Counted from the stretch's first letter, positions 18,671-28,690 are shown. The stretch: 64,000 nucleotides of DNA from an uncultured Actinomycetes bacterium (GCA_963707645.1 CAVPQW010000005.1:299309-363308), one strand, 5' to 3'. Notes: generated by a model not told the origin, from the letters alone. A program made the numbers and translations.

Positions 18671-20092
18671 TCAGAGGTAGCCGAGCTCTCGGAGCTGTGC
18701 CTCGATCTCCGCCTCCTCGGCCGGGGTCGCGCCGGCCGGCGCCCCGGCGCCCGGCTCCGTGGGGAGTCCCTCCAGCGCCGTGCGGAGCGCCGCCGCCTCC
18801 GCCCCGGCCGCCCCGTCGCCGGACGTCCACGTGCGCTCGGCCTCCCCCGTCCGCAGCAGCCACGAGCGCCCGTCGGTGGCGAGCGACATCGTCGAACGGA
18901 GCAGCAGACGCTGCTCGTCCGTGAGCGGGAACCGCTCCTCCACCTCGGAGGCGCGGCGGAGGTGGTTCCAGGCCGACTCGTACTGCGCCACGGCGACGGT
19001 CGGCGGCGCCGGGTACGGGTCGGAGTCCACGCCCGCCGCGGCGGCGACCCATCCGGGGAGCGCCGTCAGCGACACGCCGTCGACGACCGGCGGCGCGCCC
19101 GGCCCCGCGACGGCGAGCGGCACCCGGACGAGCCGCTCGTCGAGCGCGCCGACATGGCCGAGGCGGTGTTCCTCCCCGAGGTTCTCCCCGTGGTCGGCGG
19201 TGACGATCACGAGCGTCCGGTCGAGGTCCGGGGCGAGCGCCTCGAGGGCCCCGGCCAGGAACGAGTCCGCATACTCGACCTCGGCCCGGTACAGGTTCCG
19301 CAGCAGCCTGAGGTCCTCCTTGAGCGGCCCCTCGGCGGCGCCCACGTTGTACGCGGCGACGAACGCGTCGCCCAGGAACCGGCCGTTGACGCGCGGCCCC
19401 TTGTACCGGTCCCGCGGCGCCAGCTCGCCGAAGCCCGGCGGCGGCAGGTACGGCGCGTGGGCCTCCATCACGTTGACGAACAGGAACCAGGGCCGGCCGT
19501 CGCCGGGCGCCCCGGCCAGGTCGCGGACGTGCCGGAGCGCCTCCCGCGAGCCGAAGTCCCGTCCCTTCCGCGCGTCGCGCAGGTAGCGGGACGCGCGCTT
19601 CGCCCGCCGGCGGAGCCCGTCCGGCAGCACGTCGCGCATCCGCCAGTGCTGATCGGGCTCCGCTCCCCGGGGCGTCACGCGGGCCATCCCCACCGGGTGG
19701 AACTCGTCGAACCCGAGGTCGAACCCCATCTCCCGCGTGATCCACACGTTCGCGGAGACGCCGATCGTCCGGTAGCCGGCGCGCTGCATGACCCCCGGCA
19801 GCCAGCGGTCGCGGTGACGTTCGATGGCCGGCTGCAGCGAGGCCAGCCGGCGTTCCGGGGTGATGGCGGCGGCGCCGGTCACGCCGTGGTCGAAGGGCAG
19901 CAGCCCCGTGAACATCGAGGCGTGCGAGGGAACGGTCCACGGCGACGTGCTGATCGCGACCGCGGCGTGGCCCCGGTCGGCGAGCGCGTCGAACCCCGGG
20001 GTGTGCCCCTTGCCGTGCAGCGCGCCGAAGTGATCGGCCCGCGCGGTGTCGAGGACGACGAGCAGGACGTTGGGCCGGTCGGGGTGCGCCAC
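18671..20092 (-). CDS. sulfatase-like hydrolase/transferase (alkaline phosphatase superfamily)
   Basis: C-terminal 473 aa of ORF 18671..21235 from GTG 20092: PNVLLVVLDTARADH...STSPWTVPSHASMFTG...VIVTADHGENLGEH. Ends EAEIEAQLRELGYL. Confidence 0.7.
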   Translation of the reverse strand: MAHPDRPNVLLVVLDTARADHFGALHGKGHTPGFDALADRGHAAVAISTSPWTVPSHASMFTGLLPFDHGVTGAAAITPERRLASLQPAIERHRDRWLPGVMQRAGYRTIGVSANVWITREMGFDLGFDEFHPVGMARVTPRGAEPDQHWRMRDVLPDGLRRRAKRASRYLRDARKGRDFGSREALRHVRDLAGAPGDGRPWFLFVNVMEAHAPYLPPPGFGELAPRDRYKGPRVNGRFLGDAFVAAYNVGAAEGPLKEDLRLLRNLYRAEVEYADSFLAGALEALAPDLDRTLVIVTADHGENLGEEHRLGHVGALDERLVRVPLAVAGPGAPPVVDGVSLTALPGWVAAAAGVDSDPYPAPPTVAVAQYESAWNHLRRASEVEERFPLTDEQRLLLRSTMSLATDGRSWLLRTGEAERTWTSGDGAAGAEAAALRTALEGLPTEPGAGAPAGATPAEEAEIEAQLRELGYL

Positions 20093-20161
20093 GACGGCCG
20101 AATCTAGCAGCGCGACCTCCGCGGGGGTCGGGCGCCGTGCGGCGCGATAGCGTGTGCCGCC

Positions 20162-21121
20162 ATGACCGAGCCCCGGCCTCCCTTCCCGTTCATCGTGGCC
20201 TGCGGGCGGTCGGGCACCACGATGCTCCGGGTCATGTTCGAACAGCACCCGGACATCGCCATCCCGCCCGAGTCGTACTTCCCGGTCAGCTTCCGCCCCC
20301 GCGTCGACCGGTACGAACGCGACGGCGGGATCGACCTGGGCCAGCTGGCCGAGGATCTCCTGCGGCACGACCGGTTCCTCGCATGGCGGGTCGACGAGGT
20401 GCTGGTCCGGCAGCGGCTCACCGGGACGGCGCCCGACTTCCCCGAGGCGATCCGCCGCGTCTACGCGCTGTACGCGGAGTCGCACGGCAAGTCGCGGTAC
20501 GGGGACAAGACGCCGCCGTTCCTCATGCACATGCGGATGCTGGCGGAGGAGTTCCCGGAGGCGCGGTTCGTCCATCTCGTCCGGGACGGGCGCGACGTCG
20601 TGCTGTCGCTCCGGGACCAGCCGTTCGCGCCGTCGTCGTTCACGGGCGCCGCCGAGTACTGGGCGGCCCGGGTGCGGCGGGCGCGGCAGGCGGGGGAACG
20701 GCTTGGCCAGGACCGGTACCGGGAGATCCGCTACGAGGACCTCGTCGCCGACCCGGAGGGCGAATTGCGCGCGCTGTGCGGGTTCGTAGAGCTCGACTAC
20801 CGGACCGAGATGCTCGCGTACGAGGACACCTCCAGCATCCCGTTGACCGACAAGATGCGCCGGAGCGGCGTCGTCCGCCCTCCGGGCTCGAGCGGGCGCG
20901 ACTGGCGGACCCAGATGACCCCGCGACAACTGGCCGTGGTCGAGACGGTCGCCGGCGAACAACTCGTCGCGTTCGGCTACGAGCTCGCCGGGAAGCCCTC
21001 GGCCCGGGCGAAGGCCACCGCGTCCACCGTGCAGGCCTGGCGCCGAACGGGAGGCAAGGTAGCGAGCGGGGTGGCCGGGCGGGTCCGCCGCGGCCGGGCT
21101 CCGCGCAGCCGGACGGCGTGA
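20162..21121 (+). CDS. sulfotransferase family protein
   Basis: ORF 20162..21121: FIVACGRSGTTML (PAPS 5'-phosphosulfate-binding loop) and VHLVRDGRDVVLS (3'-phosphate-binding region). Divergent from the sulfatase-like gene across a 69-bp gap. Confidence 0.75.
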   Translation: MTEPRPPFPFIVACGRSGTTMLRVMFEQHPDIAIPPESYFPVSFRPRVDRYERDGGIDLGQLAEDLLRHDRFLAWRVDEVLVRQRLTGTAPDFPEAIRRVYALYAESHGKSRYGDKTPPFLMHMRMLAEEFPEARFVHLVRDGRDVVLSLRDQPFAPSSFTGAAEYWAARVRRARQAGERLGQDRYREIRYEDLVADPEGELRALCGFVELDYRTEMLAYEDTSSIPLTDKMRRSGVVRPPGSSGRDWRTQMTPRQLAVVETVAGEQLVAFGYELAGKPSARAKATASTVQAWRRTGGKVASGVAGRVRRGRAPRSRTA

Positions 21122-21171
21122 GCGCGCCCCGGTCCGTCGCCCGAACTGCCCATGTCCGGTACGTTCCGCCC

Positions 21172-23534
21172 GTGGCGCGCCGGAAGCTGGCCCTGGTGTT
21201 CGTGGTGGTGGCGGCCGCGTGCACCTCGACCACACCGCCGCACCCGCAGCCGTCGGATCGCCCTCCGGGCGGCACCCTCAGGGTCGGTCTCATGTCCTCC
21301 GACGACGAGATCGGCGGATGGTGTCCGCTGCTGCTATGCGGGCACACGTTCGATCCCCAATCAACGTCGTTCGTCTCGAACTTCGAGATGGACCGATGCT
21401 GCTTCATGCGAACGCTCATGTCCTACTCGGGAGGCTCGGCGGCCGACGGCGGAACGGTCCCCCAACCCGATGTCGCAACGGCGGCGCCAGCGATCTCGAC
21501 CGACGGGCTGACGTGGACCTTCCATCTGCGGTCGGGCCTGCGGTACGCGCCGCCGTTCGAGGACACCGAGATCGTCGCGGCGGACTTCATCCGTTCGTTG
21601 GAACGGGCGTTCACCCCCGCGAGCAACGACATCCCGTGGGCGGCGGGTGGCGGGACGATCGGCTTCTACTGGACCGACACGTACCTGGCGACCGTCATCG
21701 CCGGCGTCGCCGACTTCACGGCCGGCAAGGCCGACCACGTCTCCGGCCTCGAGGCGCCCGACCCGCACACGCTGGTCGTGCACCTGCTGCAACCGACCGG
21801 CGATCTCGGCTCCCGGCTCGCGCTCCCGCAGCTCGGCCCGATCCCGGCCAACCCCGCCCACCCGGACGATCCCCTCGGCGTCGCTCAGGGCCACGACATC
21901 GACTACGGGGACGTGATGGTGTCGAGCGGTCCGTACATGTTCGAGGGGAGCGAACATCTGACGTACCGGGCGCGGCCGGAGGACCAGCTGCCGCCCGAGG
22001 GCGACGGGCCCGACATGGCGACGCTCGTTCGGAACCCCAGATGGTCGCCGCAGGACGATCCCATCCGGCGCGCGTGGGCCGACCGGATCGAGCTCTTCCC
22101 GATCTCGTCCCCGCGCGAGGGCGAGACGAAGCTCCGCACCGGCGCGCTCGACGTCGTCCTCGATTGGGGCGCGGAGGCTGGGACCGTCACCCGGTGGCTG
22201 GACGACCCGGCGCTCCGGCACCGGATCGAGGTCTCCCCTGCGGACGGCGAGGACTTCCTGGTTCTCAACGTGGCGATTCCGCCCCTCGATGACCTCCACG
22301 TTCGCCGGGCCATGGCGCTTTCCGTGAACCGCCTGGCGGCCGCGAGCGCGTTGGAGGGCGACGGGAGGGAGCTGGGCCGCCGGGTGCTGACCCACCTGGC
22401 CCTCGACTCCTACGAGGGCAACCTCCTGACTCTCGCTACGAACCACCCGGGTTCGCACCCGAGGGGAACCCGGACGCCGCGGCCCGGGAGATGGCGCTGT
22501 CCGGCTACGACACGGACCACGACGGACGGTGCGACGCCGACCCTTGCTCCGGGGTCGAGCTGCTCGTCGACCGGGCGGATGCCCCGGGCGTCGCTGCGGC
22601 GCGGCAGCTCGCCGGCGACTTCGGTTCGATCGGCCTTGGCGTCGACGTCACGCCGCTCCCGAGCCAGCGGATGCGCAACACCTTCGGACATCCCGAGCTG
22701 CACCAGGCGCTCCGGCTCAGCGGCTGGACCAAGGACTACCCCAACGCCAGCACCTTCTTCCCGGCCCTGCTCGGGAGCGACGCGATCCGCGGGGCGAACC
22801 TGAGCCTCGTGGGCGCGTCGCCGGAGCAGCTGCGCCGCTACGGCTACACGGTCGAGTCCGTCCCCTCGGTCGACGACCGCATCGCGGCGTGCTCGGGCTC
22901 GTTCTCGGCGCCCAGACCCGTTGCTGGGCTGCGCTCGACCAGTTCCTGACCGAGCAGCTCGTACCCTGGATCTCCCTGGCGCAGGCGGAAGCGGGCTGGC
23001 CGTCCTCTCGACGGGTGCAGACGGTTAACGTCGACGCGTCCATCGCCATCCCCCTCCCTGCGCTCGACAACATCCAAGTCCGGGGCGAACCGGGCGCGCT
23101 GTCGCCCGTCCCGCCGGCCCCGGCCGAGGTGCCCACGATCCCCGAAGGCGTCTACCGCGTCACGGTCTCGATCGACGACATCGTGGCGGCCGGCGGCGCC
23201 ACGGACGCCGACCAGGACGTCGGTACGTTCACCGGTGGAGCTCGGCGGGGGGTGGTTCCGGTGGCGCCAGCGGTCGGCCGACCCGCTCTTCGATCCCGTC
23301 GGCGTCGGGACCTATGAGGGGTCCGGGGACCGGGTCACGTTCCACCAGTCACAGCCGTACTTCAACGCCCTCGGCTTTTCCCCCCTCACCTGGCAGCTCC
23401 GGGGGACTTCGGTCGTGTTCGACATGGAGCGATGCACGGGCCCGGCGGCAGATGACCCCGACCTCTGCGCGTTCGAACGAGCCCTGTTCACCGCCCACCC
23501 ATGGGAACTGGTCGACCTCGACACTGCAGGCTGA
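21172..23534 (+). CDS. ABC transporter substrate-binding lipoprotein (family 5, peptide/nickel type), three frame disruptions (about 22455, 22895, 23230)
   Basis: From GTG 21172 the sequence reads VARRKLALVFVVVAAACTS (lipobox). It continues through ORFs 20137..22803, 22491..22949, 22529..23317 and 23235..23534 with coherent sequence (ISTDGLTWTFHLRSGLRYAPPFED...SSGPYMFEG...DFLVLNV...GWTKDYPNASTFF). Confidence 0.6.
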
Positions 23535-23572
23535 TCCGACCTCGCCCCCGGATCGCCCGGCGGAACGTCGGC

Positions 23573-25094
23573 CTACGGCTCGTGCAGCGTGACCCAGATC
23601 CCCCCGGAGGCCTCGGCGACGGCGTCGGGGCTGAAGCCCAGGCGGCGCCGGCCGACGACCGCGGCCGTCGAGGGATCGACGTGGGCGACGGTGCCGTCCA
23701 GGCTGTTGGCGACCCACACGCCGTCCGGTCCGGCGGCGACCCCGAGCGGACCGTTGCCCACGTCCGCGACCTCGGTGGTGCGACCGGTCGCGGCTTCGAT
23801 CCTGGTCATCGAATCGGCATCGCGGCTGGTGACCCAGACGTACCCATCCCCGAACGCCAGCCGGCTCGGCTGCCCGTGCAGCAGCGGAATCGGTCGCACG
23901 ACCTCGAGCGTCCCGGGATCCACCTGGAGGACGCGCCCCCCAGCGCGTCGGTCACCCACACGGACCCGCCGCCGACGACGACGTCGACGGGTTGCGTCCC
24001 CGCGGGCAGCGGGATGCGCCGGATGTCGTCCGTGATGGGATCGAGCCGGAGCAACACGCCTTCGTTCGACTGCGCGACCCACACGTGGTCGGCTCCGTAG
24101 GCAACCCCCTGGACGCCGGACCCGACATCGGTCGCCACCACGTCGTTCGCCTGGTCCGGGTCGATCCGCACCAGCTGTCCCGAGATCGCCGTGGTCACCC
24201 AGACGAAGCCGCCGCCGACGGCGATCCCGGTCGGATTCGACGAGACGCCGCCCTGCGCTGGTGACGCGACACCCGTCTCGGCATCGATGCTCTGCACGGT
24301 CTTGTCGTCGAAGTTCGCGACCCAGAGGAGGCCGTCCCCGTAGTCGACATCGGTCGGCGTCCGGCCCACGGGGGCGCCTCCGGCGACCTCTCCGGTCCCC
24401 GGATCGAGCCGCACGATCGTGTTCGCCGCGGGAACGAACGCGTCCTCCGACGCTCCCCCTCCCGAGACCAGGAGCGCCACCGTGACGCCCACGGCGGCCG
24501 CCACCACGAGGGCCGCCGCCACCAGGAGACGCCGCCGGGGCCGTTGCGCCTCGAGGGCGGGCTCCGGGGACTCCGGTTCGCCGGGCGTGTGGCGCACCTC
24601 GGACAGGATGCATCTGGCTGCTCACGCCCTTCAGCTCGTGGAACCCCTTGTCCTCGAACACGAGGTCGGAGCCGGGCATCAGCCTCCCGGACCACGCTCG
24701 AGACGAGGAGCTGCCCGGGCCCGGCCTTGGACATGACCCGGGCGCCGATGTGCACGGCGACGCCGCCGACCTTGTCCCCCATCACCTCGACCTCGCCCAT
24801 GTGGATCCCGGCGCGGATGTCGATCCCGACGGCGTGGAGGCGGTCGATCATGTCGGTCGCGCACGCGATGGCGTCGGTCGGCTGGTCGAACGTCGCGAGG
24901 AACCCGTCCCCGGCCGTGTCGATCTCGCGGCCTCGATGCTGCTTCAGGGACCGCCGGACGATGGCGTGATGCTTCGTGAGGAGGTTCCGCCAACGCGAAT
25001 CGCCGAGCTCCTGGGCGAGCTGGGTCGAGCCGACGATGTCCGTGAACAGGACGGTGGTGAGGATCCGGCGCTTGTCCGAGCCTCCGCGCGGCAT
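23573..25094 (-). CDS. class III adenylate/guanylate cyclase - TM - beta-propeller repeat protein, three frame disruptions (about 24690, 24610, 23935)
   Basis: From ATG 25094: MPRGGSDKRRILTTVLFTDIVGSTQLAQE...DTAGDGFLATF...IHMGEVEV..GGVAVHIGARV. Then a TM segment (RRRLLVAAALVVAAAVGVTVALLV). Then repeats of the type GxxPxGIAVGGGFVWVT / VWVANSLDGTV, spread over ORFs 24195..25184, 23573..24679 and 23806..24597. Confidence 0.7.
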
Positions 25095-25187
25095 CCGCGT
25101 AGTCTCCGCGACGCGCTCCGGGGGCACAAGGCGCACCGAGTCTCCGTGTCCATGAGCGGGGAGATCGGCGACGCGGGTCAGCACGAA

Positions 25188-25520
25188 CCTGAGCGGCGTT
25201 CCGCTCGTTGACGTCCTCGAGGTACAGGTCGAGGACGTCGCCGGGAACCGGGTCTCGAGGGCGGGTTCCGGACAGGAGGCGTCTTCCTCCCAGGCCCATG
25301 TCGACGATCGACGACCGTGTGGGAATGACCACCGCTCGTCGACATCCTTCGTGTCAGACCCGTTGTGTTGGATACGGAACTGCTGCTCAGCGGCACGGGC
25401 AGCGTTCCTCCCCCCGCGATGTTGTCGTCGATCGTCAACGGGTCGCGACTGTCACCGAACGGCGACGTGACGTTGGGGGGAGGAGAGCATGAACCTTCGA
25501 TCCCCGAGGGACGTGGCGAT
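25188..25520 (-). repeat. copy B (inverted, most complete) of the three-copy element: wzt-3'-like relic 25188-25245, core 25278-25480, junction with XRE gene start
   Basis: The reverse complement aligns with copy A over the full 203-nt core. The minus strand of 25188-25245 encodes PGDVLDLYLEDVNERNAAQ, against the true Wzt C-terminus ADEVLNLYLQDVDERNAVAQ. The G-run end of the core runs into GGAGGAGAGC-ATG of the HTH gene. Confidence 0.8.
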
Positions 25521-25751
25521 CGTCGTTCGCGAAGCCCGGCTGACCCACCTGAGCAGGCGGATCTCGCCGAGCGGCTTCACGTGAGCCGCGCTTGGATCGT
25601 CAAGCTGGAGCAGGGACGGGCGCGATTGCAGCTCGGACTCGTTCTCAAGGCACTTGATGCCGTCGGTTTCGTGATGAGCGTGTCCTTCGAGCGGTTGACG
25701 AGGCGGGATACCTCTGGACGCGTCGACATCGAAAACCCCTTGGACTTGTGA
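25489..25751 (+). CDS. XRE-family HTH regulator (HipB/y4mF antitoxin-like, orphan), one frame disruption near 25553
   Basis: ATG 25489 follows GGAGGAGAGC: MNLRSPRDVAIVVREARLTHLS. After a shift, ORF 25365..25751 continues with ADLAERLHVSRAWIVKLEQGRARLQLGLVLKALDAVGFVMSVSF. No hipA-like partner lies downstream. Confidence 0.7.
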
Positions 25752-25800
25752 CGCACCTCGGCGGAGGGTCCGGCCTCGGTCTCTGGCGCGGACTCGGCGC

Positions 25801-26637
25801 CTAACCGGCCGACTCGGCGGGCGCCGGCTCCGCCGGCGCCTGAGCGACCGCGTTGCGCTCGTCGACGTCCTGCAGGTACAGGTTAAGCACCTCGTCGGCC
25901 GGCCCGTCGGCCCGGACCATGGCCCGGTCGAGGTAGATCACCCGGGGGCACAACCGCCGGACGTCGGCGAGGATGTGCGAGACGAACAGCAGCGTCTGGC
26001 CGTTCGCCCGGAGCTCGTCCATCCGCGTGAGGCACCGCCGCTGGAACGACTCGTCGCCGACCGCCAGCACCTCGTCGACGAGCAGCACGTCGGGCTCGAG
26101 GTGGACCGCCACGCTGAACCCGAGCCGCACCTCCATGCCGCTCGAGTACCGCTTGGTCGGCGTGTCGATGAACCGCCCGAGCTCCGCGAACTCGACGATG
26201 TCGTCGAACCGCGCGCGGATGTCCTTCCGCGTCAACCCCAGGATCGAGCCGTACAGGAAGATGTTCTCCCTGCCGGTCAGCTCGGGGTGGATGCCCGACT
26301 TGATCTCGATGAGCGACCCGACCCGGCCGCGCGTCTGCACGTTCCCGGCCCACGGCAGCGTGATCTTCGAGATGAGCTTCAGCGCGGTCGACTTGCCCGA
26401 GCCGTTCGGCCCGATGATGCCGACCGACTCGCCCTCGTTGATGTCGAACGTCGCGTCGGCGAGCGCCCACAGGTGCTTGATGGGCTCGGCCTTCTTGCGC
26501 AGCCCGGCGCGCTCGAGCGACAGCGTGATCTCCCCGGCCAGGGTGCGGCGCTTCACGTGGCCCTTGCGGCGCGCGCCGAGCCGGTACCGCTTCCACACGT
26601 GGTCCATCGAGACGACCGGGGTTCCGTTCGCCGCCAT
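25801..26637 (-). CDS. wzt: polysaccharide ABC transporter ATP-binding protein (Wzt/TagH type)
   Basis: C-terminal 278 aa of ORF 25801..27798 from ATG 26637: GIIGPNGSGKST (Walker A), YSSGMEVRLGFSVA (signature), LLVDEVLAVGD (Walker B), LFVSH. Confidence 0.85.
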   Translation of the reverse strand: MAANGTPVVSMDHVWKRYRLGARRKGHVKRRTLAGEITLSLERAGLRKKAEPIKHLWALADATFDINEGESVGIIGPNGSGKSTALKLISKITLPWAGNVQTRGRVGSLIEIKSGIHPELTGRENIFLYGSILGLTRKDIRARFDDIVEFAELGRFIDTPTKRYSSGMEVRLGFSVAVHLEPDVLLVDEVLAVGDESFQRRCLTRMDELRANGQTLLFVSHILADVRRLCPRVIYLDRAMVRADGPADEVLNLYLQDVDERNAVAQAPAEPAPAESAG

Positions 26638-26639
26638 GG

Positions 26640-27632
26640 TCAGATCACGTCCGCCAGGTAGCCGTCGCGCCGCTTGTACCACCAGTACGAGAAGCCGAGC
26701 GCCAGCACGCTGAGCGCGGCGCCCACCGCGAACGGCCCCCACTCGGGCCACTGGTTGTACACGAGCGCCCGGCGGAAGCCGTCGATGATCGGCGCCAGCG
26801 GATTGAGGAACTTGTAGACCGTGATGAGGTTCGGGTTGTTGGCGAACAGCGGCACGCGCTGCTCCAGCGTGTCCATCGAGTACGCGATGGGCGTCAGGAA
26901 CAGCAGCGCCTGCAGGACGCTCGGCACGATGTACCGGACGTCGCGGAACCAGGCCACGGTCGCCGAGAAGAACAGGGCGAGCGCGAGCATCAGGACCCAC
27001 AGCACGACGAGCAGCGGGATCATCGCGAGCCACGTCCACGTGGGGAAGTACCCGAACGCGCAGCTCATCACCAGCAGGATCGCCATCGAGATCAGGAAGT
27101 CCGCAGAGGACGAGATCACGGCCGCGATGGGGAACACCTCGCGCGGGCAGTAGATCTTCCGGACGATCGGGGCGTTCGCGATGATCGAGTTGATCGAGTA
27201 GTTCGTGGCCGACTGGAACAGCGACCACGGCACCAGCGCCGAGTAGGCGAACAGCGGGTAGGGGACGCCGCCCGTCGTCTGCGAGAACCGCGCGAGGTTC
27301 CCGAACACGAACGAGAACAGCACCATGGTGAGCAGCGGGTTGAGCACCGCCCAGAACACGCCGAGCGCGGCCTGCTTGTAGCGGACCCGGAGGTCGCGCT
27401 CCACGAGGCCCATGACCAGCTCGCGGGCACCCCACAGGTTCCGGAGGGACCGGGCGACCTTGACCGGGTAGCGCTGCTGCTCGGGAGCGGTCGTGGCGAG
27501 GTCGTCGGTCGTGCGCGGCTCGACGCGGGGGATGACGCGGGGGACGCGGCGTTCCTCGAGGACGCCCTCGTCGAGATCCTCGGGGCCCGGCTCCTCGATC
27601 AGGACTCCGTCGTGCGGCGCATTGACGACCAT
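26640..27632 (-). CDS. wzm: ABC-2 type polysaccharide export permease (Wzm/TagG type)
   Basis: ORF 26640..27632: RDLRVRYKQAALGVFWAVLNPLL followed by six hydrophobic segments. Sits immediately upstream of wzt. Confidence 0.85.
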   Translation of the reverse strand: MVVNAPHDGVLIEEPGPEDLDEGVLEERRVPRVIPRVEPRTTDDLATTAPEQQRYPVKVARSLRNLWGARELVMGLVERDLRVRYKQAALGVFWAVLNPLLTMVLFSFVFGNLARFSQTTGGVPYPLFAYSALVPWSLFQSATNYSINSIIANAPIVRKIYCPREVFPIAAVISSSADFLISMAILLVMSCAFGYFPTWTWLAMIPLLVVLWVLMLALALFFSATVAWFRDVRYIVPSVLQALLFLTPIAYSMDTLEQRVPLFANNPNLITVYKFLNPLAPIIDGFRRALVYNQWPEWGPFAVGAALSVLALGFSYWWYKRRDGYLADVI

Positions 27633-27844
27633 GTGCGCGCCGGACGTCGGCGACGCGTCGGGGGCTTCGTTGGCGGGCGGGGTCGGGTCGGGCGTTCGAA
27701 ACCGCGTCCGCTTCCGGAGGGCGCGCGGAAGCGGGCTGGTCCCTGGTTTCCACGACGGTCGAGTTTACACGGCCAATTCCGGGCCCCCGGGGAGGCACGT
27801 GGCCGTGACCATCCCCTTCGACCCGGCCGGTAGGCTTCGGCGCG

Positions 27845-28690
27845 ATGCCGAGCGAGGAACAACAGCCGCGGGTGGTCGCGGTGGTCGTGACCTACCGGCG
27901 GACCGACCTCCTGCGGGGCAGCGTCGAGGCCGTGCTCGGCCAGACCCGGCCGCCCGACGCGGTGCTGGTCGTGGACAACGACGACATGGCCGCCGGGGTC
28001 CTGGCCGACCTCGTCGCCGGCGACGCGTCGAGCCCGCCGGCGCCGGTCGAGGTGATCGAGACCGGGTCCAACCTCGGCCCTGCCGGGGGCTACGAGGTCG
28101 GGTTCCGCGAGGCGATGGCCCGGGGCGCGGCCAAGGTGTGGACGGTCGACGACGACCTGGTGCCCGAGCCCGACTGCCTCGAGCGGCTGCTCGGCGCCTC
28201 GAAGGGCCGCGACGTGCTGATCCCGCTCCAGCGCAAGCCAGGGTTCGTGAAGGGCCACCCGCCGTCCTGGAACGGCACGCTCTTCGACACCGCCGTGGTG
28301 GACGCCGTCGGCCTCCCCCGGGGCGACCTGTTCTTCTGGGCGGAGGACTCGGAGTTCTACCAGCGCATCCGGTGGGGCGGGTTCCCGATCCGGCCGGTGG
28401 CCGACGCGGTGGTGTTCCACGTCAACCCGGAGGACCGGGAACGCGGGTCGGCGCGCGACTGGCGCCTGTACTACGAGATCCGCAACGGGCTGTACGTGCG
28501 GCTCGTGCTCCGGCCGCGGACGGCGAAGGGAACCTGGCGGGCCTGGCGGTCCGCGTTCGGCAAGCTCGGCGCCATCGTGTTCCTGGAGCCCCACAAGCGG
28601 CGGTCGATCGGGCTGTGGTGGCGCGGCTACCGCGACTACCGGAAGCGCCGGCTCGGCAAGGTCGTGGCGCCGGAGGACTGGCAGGGCTGA
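27845..28690 (+). CDS. glycosyltransferase family 2
   Basis: ORF 27845..28690: VVAVVVTYRRTDLL...VLVVDNDDMA...SNLGPAGGYEVG...WTVDDDLVPEPD. Confidence 0.8.
   Translation: MPSEEQQPRVVAVVVTYRRTDLLRGSVEAVLGQTRPPDAVLVVDNDDMAAGVLADLVAGDASSPPAPVEVIETGSNLGPAGGYEVGFREAMARGAAKVWTVDDDLVPEPDCLERLLGASKGRDVLIPLQRKPGFVKGHPPSWNGTLFDTAVVDAVGLPRGDLFFWAEDSEFYQRIRWGGFPIRPVADAVVFHVNPEDRERGSARDWRLYYEIRNGLYVRLVLRPRTAKGTWRAWRSAFGKLGAIVFLEPHKRRSIGLWWRGYRDYRKRRLGKVVAPEDWQG

Noticed and set aside
17399-20107. The 902-aa plus-strand ORF, and similar giants: 14290..15342 +, 15423..16721 +, 27599..29164 -, 53459..55399 +, 36447..38087 +.
   Set aside because: All are antisense to genes with clear family motifs and are dominated by R, G, P, D and E. 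No domain-like sequence is visible. ORF 14290..15342 is tempting because it begins with GTG right after the GGGAGGAGGA end of repeat copy A. However, it is simply the shadow of the epimerase gene.
25208-25492. A 94-aa ORF running through repeat copy B and ending in an ATGA overlap with the XRE gene. I considered it as a HigB/RelE-like toxin partner.
   Set aside because: The sequence is R/S/P-rich with no toxin-like motifs. The equivalent ORFs in copies A and C are conserved only in nucleotide blocks. Between the blocks, compensating 1-nt indels change the frame. The conservation is therefore at the DNA/RNA level, not the protein level.
25846-25990. Possible homology between the 3' third of the repeat core and the coding sequence of wzt just upstream of its C-terminus (GTCTCGCACATCCTCGCCGACGTCCGG... 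versus GTCTGACACGAAGGATGTCGACGAGCGG...). If real, the core would be a decayed wzt fragment.
   Set aside because: By eye the identity is only about 60% with several gaps in a roughly 70% GC background. The similarity does not extend further upstream. It is not convincing without a statistical alignment, so I record it only as something to test.
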